Below the pieces are notes generated by a model. That model searched no databases. It was not told the origin of the DNA and saw only the letters and a list, made by a program, of their open reading frames with translations. Shown here piece after piece: positions 55,140 to 64,000 of a DNA stretch of 64,000 bases. The position numbers and the translations under genes are program-made. Source of the stretch: Alphaproteobacteria bacterium (lineage in GTDB: Bacteria; Pseudomonadota; Alphaproteobacteria; UBA2136; UBA6156); assembly GCA_049297695.1 (NCBI GenBank), contig JBAQUT010000004.1:1170-65169 (forward strand), given 5' to 3'. Every line of letters begins with the position of its first letter. Positions within the stretch are counted from its first letter, which is position 1.

Positions 55140-57731
55140 ATGGCCATGCCCGATACCCCTGTGATGCAGCAATACGGCCGTTTGAAGGCGGCGCATGCGG
55201 GGTTTTTGGTGTGGTTCCGTATGGGGGATTTTTACGAGCTGTTTGGCGACGATGCCGTGGCGGCAGCCGAGGTGTTGGGTATAACACTCACCGCGCGACG
55301 CACGGCGAAGGAGGGGGATGCGGGCATCCCCATGTGTGGCGTGCCCTACCACGCGGCGGAAGGGTACATTGCCAAATGCTTGCACGCGGGCTTTAAAGTG
55401 GCGTTGGCCGAACAAACCGAAAGCCCCGAAGCCGCCCGCAAAGCCCGTGGCAGCGGCGCGTTGGTGAACCGCGAGGTGGTGCGGTTGTACACCCCCGGAA
55501 CCTTGACCGAAGACACGTTGTTAGAGGCTGGAAAACCCACCTATTTGGCCGCCGTGGCGGGGGATGACGGCGTGGGTGCGGCGTGGCGCGGTGCGCTGGC
55601 ATGGTTGGAATTGAGCACGGGGGAAGTGGGGTATCGGGCGGTTTCGGCCAGCACCTTGGGGGCAGTCGTGGCAGCATTGGCCCCGGGCGAGGTGGTGGTG
55701 CCGCCGGCCTTGGAAGACAACCTGTTGAGTTTGATGACCCGCAAACAAGTGAGTGTGCAAGAAAGTTTGTTCCATCCCGCCCGTACGGAAGATACCTTGA
55801 AGCGCGCCTACGGCGTAACCCACGTGGATGGTTTGGGTGTGGACGATGCCGTGGCCCGCACCGCCTTGGGGGCGTTGATGGGCTATGCCGAACTGACCCA
55901 GATGGGCAAATTGCCCGTGTTCCAAAACCCCCGTGTGGTGGCAACCCGAGGCGTGCTGCATATGGATGCCGCCACGCGCCGCAACTTGGAACTGACCGAA
56001 AGTTTGGCGGGGCAGAGGAAAGACAGTTTGCTGGGCGAGTTGGATGGGTGCATCACCGCTGCTGGCGCCCGTTTGCTGGCCCGCTGGGTGGCTGAGCCCA
56101 GTGCGGATGTGGGGGTTATCAATGGCCGTTTGGATTCCGTGGCATGGGCTGTGGCCAATCCCTCCGTGCGTGCCGACCTGCGGAGATTGCTGAAGCTGAC
56201 GGGTGATGTGGCACGGTGCGTGAGCCGCATTTTGCTGAACCGTGGCGGCCCGCGGGATATGGCCGTGCTGCGGCAAACGGGTGTGCAGTTGCCCGCGTTG
56301 GCACAGGTGCTGGAAGGGGCCTTACCACCCTTGCTGGCCCACCACCGCACGGGGCTTATGGGACTGGGCGATTTGACCACTTTGCTGTCCCGCGCCTTGG
56401 CAGATGACCCCTTGCCTGCCCTGTTGCGGGAAGGTTGGTTTATGCGAGATGGATATGACGCCGAGTTGGACACCCAGCGCCACATGGTGAAGCACGGCCA
56501 CGAACTTTTGGAGGCTTTGGAACGGGATGAAAGCGCTGCCAGCGGCATGGTGCTGAAAGCCCGTTACAACCAAGTATGGGGATATTATTTGGAAGTAACC
56601 AAAGCGCAGATGAAGGAGGTGCCTCCGCATTTTATTCATCGCCAAACCACCACCAACGCCCACCGGTACACCACGCCGAAACTTCAGGAGTTGGAGCGCA
56701 ATTTGGGAAGTGCCGGGGCCGCCGCCCAAGCCTTGGAAGAGCGCCTGTTTGCTGAGTTGGGCGAGGCCGTGCGGAAACACAGTTACGCGTTGCTCGCCGC
56801 CAGCGAAAGTTTGGCCACGCTGGACGTGCTGACCACCTTGGCCGAACATGCCGCCCGCCGTGGCTGGGTACGGCCCGTGGTGGATGATAGCACGGCGTTT
56901 GAGGTGGTGGCAGGACGCCACCCCGTGGTGGATACCCGCGTGAGTACGTTTGTACCCAACGATTGCGCGTTGACGGGTGGGCAGGTGTGGTTGTTGACGG
57001 GGCCGAACATGGCGGGGAAGAGCACGTTCCTCCGCCAAAACGCCTTGCTGGTGGTGTTGGCCCATATGGGGAGTTTTGTACCCGCCCAAAGCGCGCACAT
57101 CGGCGTGGCGGATAACCTGATGAGCCGCATTGGTGCGGCGGATAATCTGGCTGCGGGCCAAAGCACGTTTATGGTAGAGATGGTGGAAACCGCCGCCATT
57201 TTGAACAAGGCCACCCCCCGCAGTTTTGTGATTTTGGACGAACTTGGCCGTGGCACGGCCACGTACGATGGCTTGGCCATTGCGTGGGCGTGCGTGGAGC
57301 ACATTGCCAACTCCCTGCACTGTCGCACCCTGTTTGCCACCCATTACCATGAGTTGACGGCGTTGGGTGATAACATTCCCACCGTAACCCCCCACCACGT
57401 GGCGGTGAAGGAATGGAAGGGGGATGTGGTATTTCTCCACAAGGTTCAGGCAGGGGCGGCCACAGGAAGTTATGGAGTTCATGTGGCCAAATTGGCGGGA
57501 GTACCAGCGCCCGTGGTGGCGCGGGCAGCGGGGTTGCTGGAAGGCTTCACCAAGGCCGCCAAAGGCAAAGGTGCCGTGCGGGTGGATGATTTGAGTTTGT
57601 TTACGGCGCCTCAACCCAAGGCGCAGAACGACAACCTGATTGAGCAACGCTTGCGGGGGTTGGATGTGGATGGGTTGAGCGCCCGTGAAGCTTTGGAGAA
57701 ACTGTACGAGCTGCGGGGGATGGTGGTGTAA
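55140..57731 (+). CDS. mutS: DNA mismatch repair protein MutS
   Basis: N-terminal mismatch-binding domain, Walker A GPNMAGKST, and TLFATHYHEL. Confidence 0.95.
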   Translation: MAMPDTPVMQQYGRLKAAHAGFLVWFRMGDFYELFGDDAVAAAEVLGITLTARRTAKEGDAGIPMCGVPYHAAEGYIAKCLHAGFKVALAEQTESPEAARKARGSGALVNREVVRLYTPGTLTEDTLLEAGKPTYLAAVAGDDGVGAAWRGALAWLELSTGEVGYRAVSASTLGAVVAALAPGEVVVPPALEDNLLSLMTRKQVSVQESLFHPARTEDTLKRAYGVTHVDGLGVDDAVARTALGALMGYAELTQMGKLPVFQNPRVVATRGVLHMDAATRRNLELTESLAGQRKDSLLGELDGCITAAGARLLARWVAEPSADVGVINGRLDSVAWAVANPSVRADLRRLLKLTGDVARCVSRILLNRGGPRDMAVLRQTGVQLPALAQVLEGALPPLLAHHRTGLMGLGDLTTLLSRALADDPLPALLREGWFMRDGYDAELDTQRHMVKHGHELLEALERDESAASGMVLKARYNQVWGYYLEVTKAQMKEVPPHFIHRQTTTNAHRYTTPKLQELERNLGSAGAAAQALEERLFAELGEAVRKHSYALLAASESLATLDVLTTLAEHAARRGWVRPVVDDSTAFEVVAGRHPVVDTRVSTFVPNDCALTGGQVWLLTGPNMAGKSTFLRQNALLVVLAHMGSFVPAQSAHIGVADNLMSRIGAADNLAAGQSTFMVEMVETAAILNKATPRSFVILDELGRGTATYDGLAIAWACVEHIANSLHCRTLFATHYHELTALGDNIPTVTPHHVAVKEWKGDVVFLHKVQAGAATGSYGVHVAKLAGVPAPVVARAAGLLEGFTKAAKGKGAVRVDDLSLFTAPQPKAQNDNLIEQRLRGLDVDGLSAREALEKLYELRGMVV

Positions 57732-59329
57732 TGGCGATTTTAAAAAACAGCCTGATTGTGTCGCTGTGGACCATGGTGAGCCGCGTGCTGGGTTTTGCCC
57801 GCGACCTGTTGATTGCCAACAAATTGGGGGCGGGGTTGGCCAGCGATGCGTTTTTTATCGCCCTCCAACTGCCTAACTTGCTGAGGCGGTTGCTGGGGGA
57901 AGGCGCCTTCAATGTAGCTTTTGTGCCCTTGCTGGCGCGGGAGCAAGCCAAAGGCCATGCCGAAGCCAAAGCGTTTGCCGAAAGTGTGTTGGGGTGGCTT
58001 ACCGTTGTGTTGGTGGTAATTAGCATGTTGGGGGTTATCTTCATGCCTGCCGTGGTGGGCACCATGATGCCCGGCTGGGTGGGCGATGCGGACAAGTTTG
58101 GCCTGACCGTGGCGTTGGGGCGTATCACGTTCCCTTACGTGTTGATGATTTGCCTTGCGGCCTTTATGGGGGCCATTTGCAACACGGCGGGGCGGTTTGC
58201 CGCCTATGCCATGGTGCCCAGTTTGTTGAACTTGGCGTTCATCGTCGGGTTGTTTGCCTTGCCCGCGGGTGGGCTGGAGCCTGCCTACGCGGCGGCGTGG
58301 AGCGTACCCATCGGCGGCCTTGCCCAAGTGGCCTACATGGTGTGGGAAATGAACCGTGCGGGCTACCGTTTGCGGTTGGGCGTGCCCAAACCCCACCCGT
58401 TGTTGAAACCCATGCTGTACCGCATGGGCCCTGCCGCATTGGGAGTAGGCGTTTTGCAACTGAGCATTTTGCTGGATAACTTTGTGGCCAGCTGGGTGGG
58501 CGATGGCGCGGTGAGCTACCTGCAATACGCCAACCGCTTTTACCAATTTCCGCTGGCCCTGATTGGCATCGCTGTGGCCACGGTGCTGCTGCCCCACCTT
58601 TCCACCTTGTTGGGCAAGGGCGATAAGGCGGGGGCCAGCCAAAGTTTTATGGATGCGTTGATGGGATGCCTCACCTTAGCGGCGGGAGCTACGGCAGGGT
58701 TGCTGATGCTGGCACCGGAACTGATGGTAACCCTGTTGCACCACGGGGCGTTTACCGTGCACGCCGCCCATGCTTCGGCGTGGGCCATGATGGCGTTTGT
58801 GCTGGGTTTACCCGCGTACATTCTCACCAAAGTAACCGCCCCCGCTTTTTTTGCGAACGAAGATGCCAAAAGCCCCGTGATGGCCAGTGCCTTAGCTTTG
58901 GGGGTAAACTTGGTGTGCAATTTTGGGTTGGCGTTCGGGCTTATCCATCTGGGGTATCCGCACGTAGCCCACGTGGGGATTGCTGTGGCCACGGCCATCG
59001 GCGGTTATGTGAACGCAGGATTGCAATGGTACTGGTTACGTAAGCAGGGTGTGTTTGTTCTGGCCGAAACCAGCATGGTAAAACCCCTGTGTGCCATGAT
59101 GGCCGTAGCGGGGAGCATGATGCTGGCGTTGGCGGTGTTCAAACTTGCCATGCCGTACCCGATGGAAGCCCATCTTCTTCTCCGCACCGCATGGCTTGCA
59201 GCCGCCATAACGCTGGCAACAGGTGTGTTTGTGGCAGGGGTTGAAGTTACCAAATTGCTCAATCTACGCGCCTTGCTGGCATCCCTCCGTCATCGGAAGC
59301 AGGCTACCATATCCGAAGATACAATTTAA
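57731..59329 (+). CDS. murJ: Lipid II flippase MurJ
   Basis: N-terminal ..SRVLGFARDLLIA..G..A.DAF MurJ/MviN signature. 14-TM protein. Confidence 0.9.
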   Translation: MAILKNSLIVSLWTMVSRVLGFARDLLIANKLGAGLASDAFFIALQLPNLLRRLLGEGAFNVAFVPLLAREQAKGHAEAKAFAESVLGWLTVVLVVISMLGVIFMPAVVGTMMPGWVGDADKFGLTVALGRITFPYVLMICLAAFMGAICNTAGRFAAYAMVPSLLNLAFIVGLFALPAGGLEPAYAAAWSVPIGGLAQVAYMVWEMNRAGYRLRLGVPKPHPLLKPMLYRMGPAALGVGVLQLSILLDNFVASWVGDGAVSYLQYANRFYQFPLALIGIAVATVLLPHLSTLLGKGDKAGASQSFMDALMGCLTLAAGATAGLLMLAPELMVTLLHHGAFTVHAAHASAWAMMAFVLGLPAYILTKVTAPAFFANEDAKSPVMASALALGVNLVCNFGLAFGLIHLGYPHVAHVGIAVATAIGGYVNAGLQWYWLRKQGVFVLAETSMVKPLCAMMAVAGSMMLALAVFKLAMPYPMEAHLLLRTAWLAAAITLATGVFVAGVEVTKLLNLRALLASLRHRKQATISEDTI

Positions 59330-62300
59330 GCCACATCCAACTCGCGTAACCGCCCCAGCAACACCGCCGCCATGGTAAGGGTGGGGTTGGCCAGTTTGGT
59401 AAATTCTCGTGCGATGGTTTGGTAGCGCTGGCAGGCGGCACCACAGGCTTTGTGCCAGTTGGTGGGGGCCATGTGTTTTACCAACAGTTGTTCGGTCAGG
59501 CGGGCTTGGCGGGCCTGAATTTCACGCTCCATGGCGTACATGGCAGACCGGCTGTGTTTGTCGGTAAGGGGTAAACCGCGCAGTTTGCGGGTAATGGCGG
59601 GCAGGTGCAGCTCCTCGCCCAAGGCCATCAGCAGCTCCAGCACTTTGCTGGGTGGGGCCTTGTGCCGTTGGGCCAACACCACCGCTTGGGGCACCATGGT
59701 GCTGGCGGAAAGATGACCCAGTTTTTCGGCCAACGCAGGTGTAAGCCCTTGTTTAGCCCATTGCTTTTGGAAGCTCCCCGTATCCGCCAGCATAGTGGGG
59801 GGCAGCAAGCGTGCCATGGTTTTGTAAAGCTTGTGGCATTCTGCTTCAAACGCGCCACCCCAGCGGGAAGCCTCCACAGGCTGACCGTGGGCCAAAATCC
59901 ATCCTGCCAGCGTGAAAATGCTCACCCTCCAGCGCAACGCGGCTTCCACCTGCGTGGCCATGGGCAAGGTGGGGGCAAGGGCATCAAATTTGGCCCAGAA
60001 GGGCACCAAACCCAACAGGCTGATGGCCGCCAAACGGGCCTTGATGGCATCTTGCGGAGTACAACCAAAGTCGGCTTGCAACCGCTGGCCCATCACCAAC
60101 CCGCAGCGGTTGATAATCATGTTGGATACCAAGGTATCCATCATTTCGTTGGCTAACGGGTGGTGGGGAATGATGCTGGCGAATTGCTGTTGCAATGTGG
60201 CGGGGAAGTAGGCCATCAACATGTCTTGCAGCAAGGGGCTGGTGTAATCCAACTTGCCCGCAATCTGGCTGCGCAAAGCAGCTTTGGTGCCTGCCAGCAA
60301 AGCTGCTAACTCGGGCCGTACGAAGTGGGGCTTATCTCGCTGTTTCAATATATCGGCGGTGGGGAGGTTGTCCACCTTCACATCCACCAAACCCCGCTTC
60401 AACATCTCCAGCTGCCATGCGTACATGTCGGCATGGTCGGCGGTGTCGGCTTTCTCGGATAACGTGAGGGCCATGTTTTGCAACCGGTTGTCATCCAGCA
60501 CCAAATGGGCCAAATCTTCGGTCAGGGTGGGCAAAAGTTTCAGGCGTTGGGGTTCGGTCAACAATTTACGGGCTTTGGCATCTTCCAGCAAAATTTTCAC
60601 ATTCACTTCGTGGTCGCTGGTGCTCACACCAGCCGAATTATCCAAGGCATCGGTGTTCAAACGCACGCCGTTCAGGGCCAGTTCGGTACGGCCTTTGGGG
60701 GTAATACCCAGGTTACCGCCTTCCCCAATCACGCGGGCCTGCACGTCTTTGGCGTTCACGCGCACGGCATCGTTGGCGCGGTCGGCTACGTCGGCATGGC
60801 TTTCGGTGGTGGCTTTGATGTACGTACCAATACCGCCGTTCCACAGCACATCAACCTCAAGCCGAAGAATGGCTTGAATCACGGTATCCGGCGCGGCTTC
60901 CTTGCTATCAATCCCCAGCAGTTTTTGGGCTTGGGGAGAAAGGGGCACGGTTTTAGCCGACCGTTCCAACACACCACCACCTGCCGAGATGAGTTTGGTG
61001 TTATACCCATCCCAACCCAGTTTGGCGGTAAACATGCGCGTGCGCTCGGCGTAGCTGGTGGCGGGGGTGGGGGTAGGGTCAAGGAAGATATGTTTGTGGT
61101 TAAAGGCGGCTAGAAGTTTCACATGGGGGCAGCGCAACAAGCCGTTGCCAAACACGTCGCCGCTCATGTCGCCAATGCCGGTCATGGTGATGGGCGTTTT
61201 GGCGGAAGGAACAACCCCCAGCGTTTGCAAATGGTGCTGCACACTCACCCACGCCCCGCGGGAGGTAATGCCCATCTCCTTGTGGTCGTAGCCCAAAGCC
61301 CCGCCGCTGGCAAAGGCATCGCCCAGCCAAAAGCCCTTGGCGGCGTTTTTGGTGGGTTTATCCCAAAAATCAGCCGCAATGGCCGTGGTGTTGGCAAGGT
61401 CGCTAAACGTGGCCGTGCCTTTATCGGCTGCCACCACAAAGTAAGGGTCAAATCCGTCGTGGCACACCACGTTGCGGGGGTGAACCACAGCATCGCCCGC
61501 ACGGGTATCCGTAATGCTCAGCATGGCGTTCACGTAGGCCGCGTACACGTTGCGAATGGCGGTGTGCGCTTCCGCCCGTTGAGGAGGCAACGGCATCTTC
61601 ACCACAAACCCGCCTTTGGCACCGGTGGGCACGATGATGACGTTTTTGCGCACTTGGGTTTGTTGCAGGCCCAGCACTTCGGTGCGGTAGTCGGTCAGGC
61701 GGTCGCTGTGGCGGATGCCCCCCCGCGCCAGCGGCCCGCCGCGCAAATGCACCCCTTCAAACTCGGCGCCGCCGTACACAAACATTTCGCGCCAAGGGCG
61801 GGGGGTGGGCATGCTGTCCATCAGGCTGCAATCAAATTTGAACGCCAAAGCTGCGCCAGCACCTTGCCAAAAATTGGTGCGGAGACTGGCTTGGATCATT
61901 TCCAACATTAAGCTGGCCATACGGTCGTGGTCCACATCCGGCAAGGTGGCCCAAAGCTCGCGGGTTTGGCCTTCCAGCTGGTGCACCAGTTTGGTGCGGG
62001 CATGGGGGGCGTAGGCGGGGTTGTGGCGGGCGTCAAATATCTCCCACAGGTGTTTGGCAACGGCGGGGTAATGGCGCAGCACTTTGCGCATTTGCCACGG
62101 GTTGCAACGGCCATCCAACTGGGAGGCATAGGCCACCAAGGCCCGCAGCACATGCAGGGCGGCAAAGGGCACGCCTTTGCGGGTAAGGCTGTTCAGGCTA
62201 TCCACTTCGGTAGTGCGCAGCAGGCAGGCCGTGAGGGCTTTGGCAAGTTCATCGGCCACGGTGCCTGAAACGGGCTGGCTGGGGTTGGCACAAGTAAGCA

Positions 62301-62592
62301 CATGCAGCCACAGTTGCTGTTTGCCGCTGCGGTGATGGAACACATCTTCCCGGATGGCTTCCAGCCGGAACGAATGCACCACGGGCATCATTTCGGCCAA
62401 GGTAAGCTGGGCATGGGTGCTGTAAATGTGGATGGTAAAGGCTTGGTTGCTGGCGTTGATTACCACCTGCACCGAAGGGGCATGGGGGGCGGTTAAGGCG
62501 GCCACGGCGGCGGCATCCGCACGGGTGGTGGCGGGGGTGGTTTTCAGCCATGTCGCAAGGGCGGTGGGGAGGGTGGGGGCGGATGTTTTCAT
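59326..62592 (-). CDS. NAD-specific glutamate dehydrogenase, large (Bac_GDH) family, ~115 kDa class
   Basis: VHLRGGPLARGGIRHSDRLTDYRTEVLGLQQTQVRKNVIIVPTGAKGGFVVK catalytic-core motif. Confidence 0.85.
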   Translation of the reverse strand: MKTSAPTLPTALATWLKTTPATTRADAAAVAALTAPHAPSVQVVINASNQAFTIHIYSTHAQLTLAEMMPVVHSFRLEAIREDVFHHRSGKQQLWLHVLTCANPSQPVSGTVADELAKALTACLLRTTEVDSLNSLTRKGVPFAALHVLRALVAYASQLDGRCNPWQMRKVLRHYPAVAKHLWEIFDARHNPAYAPHARTKLVHQLEGQTRELWATLPDVDHDRMASLMLEMIQASLRTNFWQGAGAALAFKFDCSLMDSMPTPRPWREMFVYGGAEFEGVHLRGGPLARGGIRHSDRLTDYRTEVLGLQQTQVRKNVIIVPTGAKGGFVVKMPLPPQRAEAHTAIRNVYAAYVNAMLSITDTRAGDAVVHPRNVVCHDGFDPYFVVAADKGTATFSDLANTTAIAADFWDKPTKNAAKGFWLGDAFASGGALGYDHKEMGITSRGAWVSVQHHLQTLGVVPSAKTPITMTGIGDMSGDVFGNGLLRCPHVKLLAAFNHKHIFLDPTPTPATSYAERTRMFTAKLGWDGYNTKLISAGGGVLERSAKTVPLSPQAQKLLGIDSKEAAPDTVIQAILRLEVDVLWNGGIGTYIKATTESHADVADRANDAVRVNAKDVQARVIGEGGNLGITPKGRTELALNGVRLNTDALDNSAGVSTSDHEVNVKILLEDAKARKLLTEPQRLKLLPTLTEDLAHLVLDDNRLQNMALTLSEKADTADHADMYAWQLEMLKRGLVDVKVDNLPTADILKQRDKPHFVRPELAALLAGTKAALRSQIAGKLDYTSPLLQDMLMAYFPATLQQQFASIIPHHPLANEMMDTLVSNMIINRCGLVMGQRLQADFGCTPQDAIKARLAAISLLGLVPFWAKFDALAPTLPMATQVEAALRWRVSIFTLAGWILAHGQPVEASRWGGAFEAECHKLYKTMARLLPPTMLADTGSFQKQWAKQGLTPALAEKLGHLSASTMVPQAVVLAQRHKAPPSKVLELLMALGEELHLPAITRKLRGLPLTDKHSRSAMYAMEREIQARQARLTEQLLVKHMAPTNWHKACGAACQRYQTIAREFTKLANPTLTMAAVLLGRLRELDVA

Positions 62593-62669
62593 CGCCCCAA
62601 CCTACGCCACAGCCCGTGAACGTCAAGAGTGAGAGCTAGGAAAAACGATGGTGCGTTGCACGATGGTTA

Positions 62670-62978
62670 TTATGTTTCGACATCCACCAAGTGACGGGGG
62701 GTTTTTGGGTCAACGGCCTCGTCGTGGGTGGTTTCATCTTCCGGCACCGGCACACGGCGTTTTTGGTTGGAGTTGGCTGTTTTTTGGGTTTGAAGCTGGC
62801 TGGGCACGCCATAAGCAGCGCCAAGGTTAATAGCTGATTCGGCGGGTTGGGGTGTGGCTCCTTGGGCTTGGGCAACGCTGGCGCGGCGGGCGTGCTCGCG
62901 CCCGTGGGTTAAGTCGGTGCTTTTGTGCGTAGCGGCCAACGCTACCGGGTTGGGGCCGCCACTGAGGGCTGTCACCAT
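62670..62978 (-). CDS. Small hydrophilic protein, possibly stress-induced; unknown function
   Basis: AAGGAGAG RBS before the ATG. Low-complexity polar sequence. Confidence 0.45.
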   Translation of the reverse strand: MVTALSGGPNPVALAATHKSTDLTHGREHARRASVAQAQGATPQPAESAINLGAAYGVPSQLQTQKTANSNQKRRVPVPEDETTHDEAVDPKTPRHLVDVET

Positions 62979-63034
62979 GTCTCTCTCCTTGTGATGTTAT
63001 GGAAAGAAACATAAATAAACCTGACACTTCTCTA

Positions 63035-63331
63035 TTATTTTTCGTGTGAGAACGTGAGAAAAAGATAGCGGTCTTTTTCGGGGTCAAAGGGTTTGAAATG
63101 CATAACGAGGTTTTTGGGAAAAACCTCACCTTTTAAAAGATTGAAAATTGAATTTAAAGCCGTGGTAGCTTGTTGTCTTTTTTGAAGAATAATCTGACGT
63201 TTGGGCATTTCTCCGTAATAAACTTGGATTTGAAAACCATGAGAACTTTCCCGATGATATTGCAACTGATGCGCCAGTGAGGACATGATAAACAAGGCTT
63301 CCGTGACGTAACGGTTATGTTCGATCGGCAT
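63035..63331 (-). CDS. Hypothetical protein (98 aa), AT-rich islet gene
   Basis: AAGGAG RBS 7 nt before the ATG at 63331. Lower GC than the surrounding sequence. Confidence 0.45.
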   Translation of the reverse strand: MPIEHNRYVTEALFIMSSLAHQLQYHRESSHGFQIQVYYGEMPKRQIILQKRQQATTALNSIFNLLKGEVFPKNLVMHFKPFDPEKDRYLFLTFSHEK

Positions 63332-63408
63332 AACAAACTCCTTTGTATTAAAGTATACGGAAAATAGGTCTACTTGTAAATTAATATAAATCCATATAAA
63401 AACCAATC

Positions 63409-64000
63409 ATGAACCACCCCCTTACCCTCGCGCTGGAATGTACCTTGGGCGGCTTGCACATGGCGCTGGCGGGTGGGCCGTTGAAGGAGGCTGTTCTCCA
63501 CACCGACACCACCCCCCGCGCGGCGGATGGTTTGCACACCACGCTTCAAGCGTTGCTCACCGCCCATAACCTGAAGCTGGCCGACGTGCAGCGCGTTGTC
63601 ACCACAATCGGCCCCGGAAGTTTTACGGGCATCCGCATGGGCGTTGCCGTGGGCGAAGCCCTGAAGCTGCTGAACCCTGCCGTTCAGCTCATCGGCCTTG
63701 GCACGTTGGAAGCCCTCGCCGCCAACCTGATAACGTACCAACCTACCAACCTAGCCTTCACAATTGCCACCGATGCCGCGGGCCAAACCCTGTACACCCA
63801 AACCTTCCACCCCGATGGCACCCCGGCCACCGAACCCACGTGCGTTGCGGCGGAAGATTTCCACAGCGACCACCCCGTGTATTGCCCCACCACGTGCCTG
63901 CTGCTGCCTGCCGCGCACTATCTGCCACCATTCTCCCCCACAACCCTGCTGGCCATGGCCAAAAACCCCGCCACCCACAAACCCTTTGCCCCGCTGTACG
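63409..64000 (+). CDS. tsaB: tRNA t6A biosynthesis protein TsaB (YeaZ), 3' end outside window
   Basis: GPGSFTGIRMG motif. The ORF runs off the right edge and is therefore absent from the ORF track. Confidence 0.8.
   Translation, partial: MNHPLTLALECTLGGLHMALAGGPLKEAVLHTDTTPRAADGLHTTLQALLTAHNLKLADVQRVVTTIGPGSFTGIRMGVAVGEALKLLNPAVQLIGLGTLEALAANLITYQPTNLAFTIATDAAGQTLYTQTFHPDGTPATEPTCVAAEDFHSDHPVYCPTTCLLLPAAHYLPPFSPTTLLAMAKNPATHKPFAPLY

Noticed and set aside
1-64000. CRISPR array, integrase or transposase
   Set aside because: No regularly spaced direct repeats and no recombinase-like ORFs were found anywhere in the window.

Overview
This is a GC-rich proteobacterial chromosome segment with two parts. 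Positions 1 to about 35.1 kb form a plus-strand secretion and pilus island. It begins with a type IVb pilus operon (1..11110): a TcpQ/PilL-like fragment, a lipoprotein secretin, a prepilin, a GspE-type ATPase, a GspF-type platform, assembly proteins, a PilV-like minor pilin and a truncated prepilin peptidase. Next come two coiled-coil proteins with TcpQ-like C-termini (11201..15392). Then a conjugative-type T4SS module (15663..31015): two tandem VirB2-like pilins, VirB3/B8/B9-like proteins, a lytic transglycosylase, VirB10-like, a VirB7-like lipoprotein and a VirB4/TraC ATPase. Several unusual inserted genes sit inside this module: a sigma70-ParB fusion, a Cys-rich AT-rich secreted protein, and a 664-aa orphan. 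The content resembles the combined thin-pilus plus T4SS arrangement of IncI plasmids or pKLC102/PAPI-1-type ICEs. No relaxase, coupling protein, VirB11, VirB6 or integrase is visible in the window. Positions 35.1 to 64 kb are housekeeping: an RND efflux operon, SURF1, rsmE, a PfkB kinase, a GT4 glycosyltransferase, pip, thrS, infC, a peptide-binding protein, a LysM protein, tRNA-Arg(CCU), thermonuclease, mutS, murJ, a large NAD-GDH and tsaB. A family of GC-rich palindromic repeats recurs at four sites, several AT-rich islet genes are present, and a candidate 24-aa hydrophobic small ORF sits beside a strong terminator.
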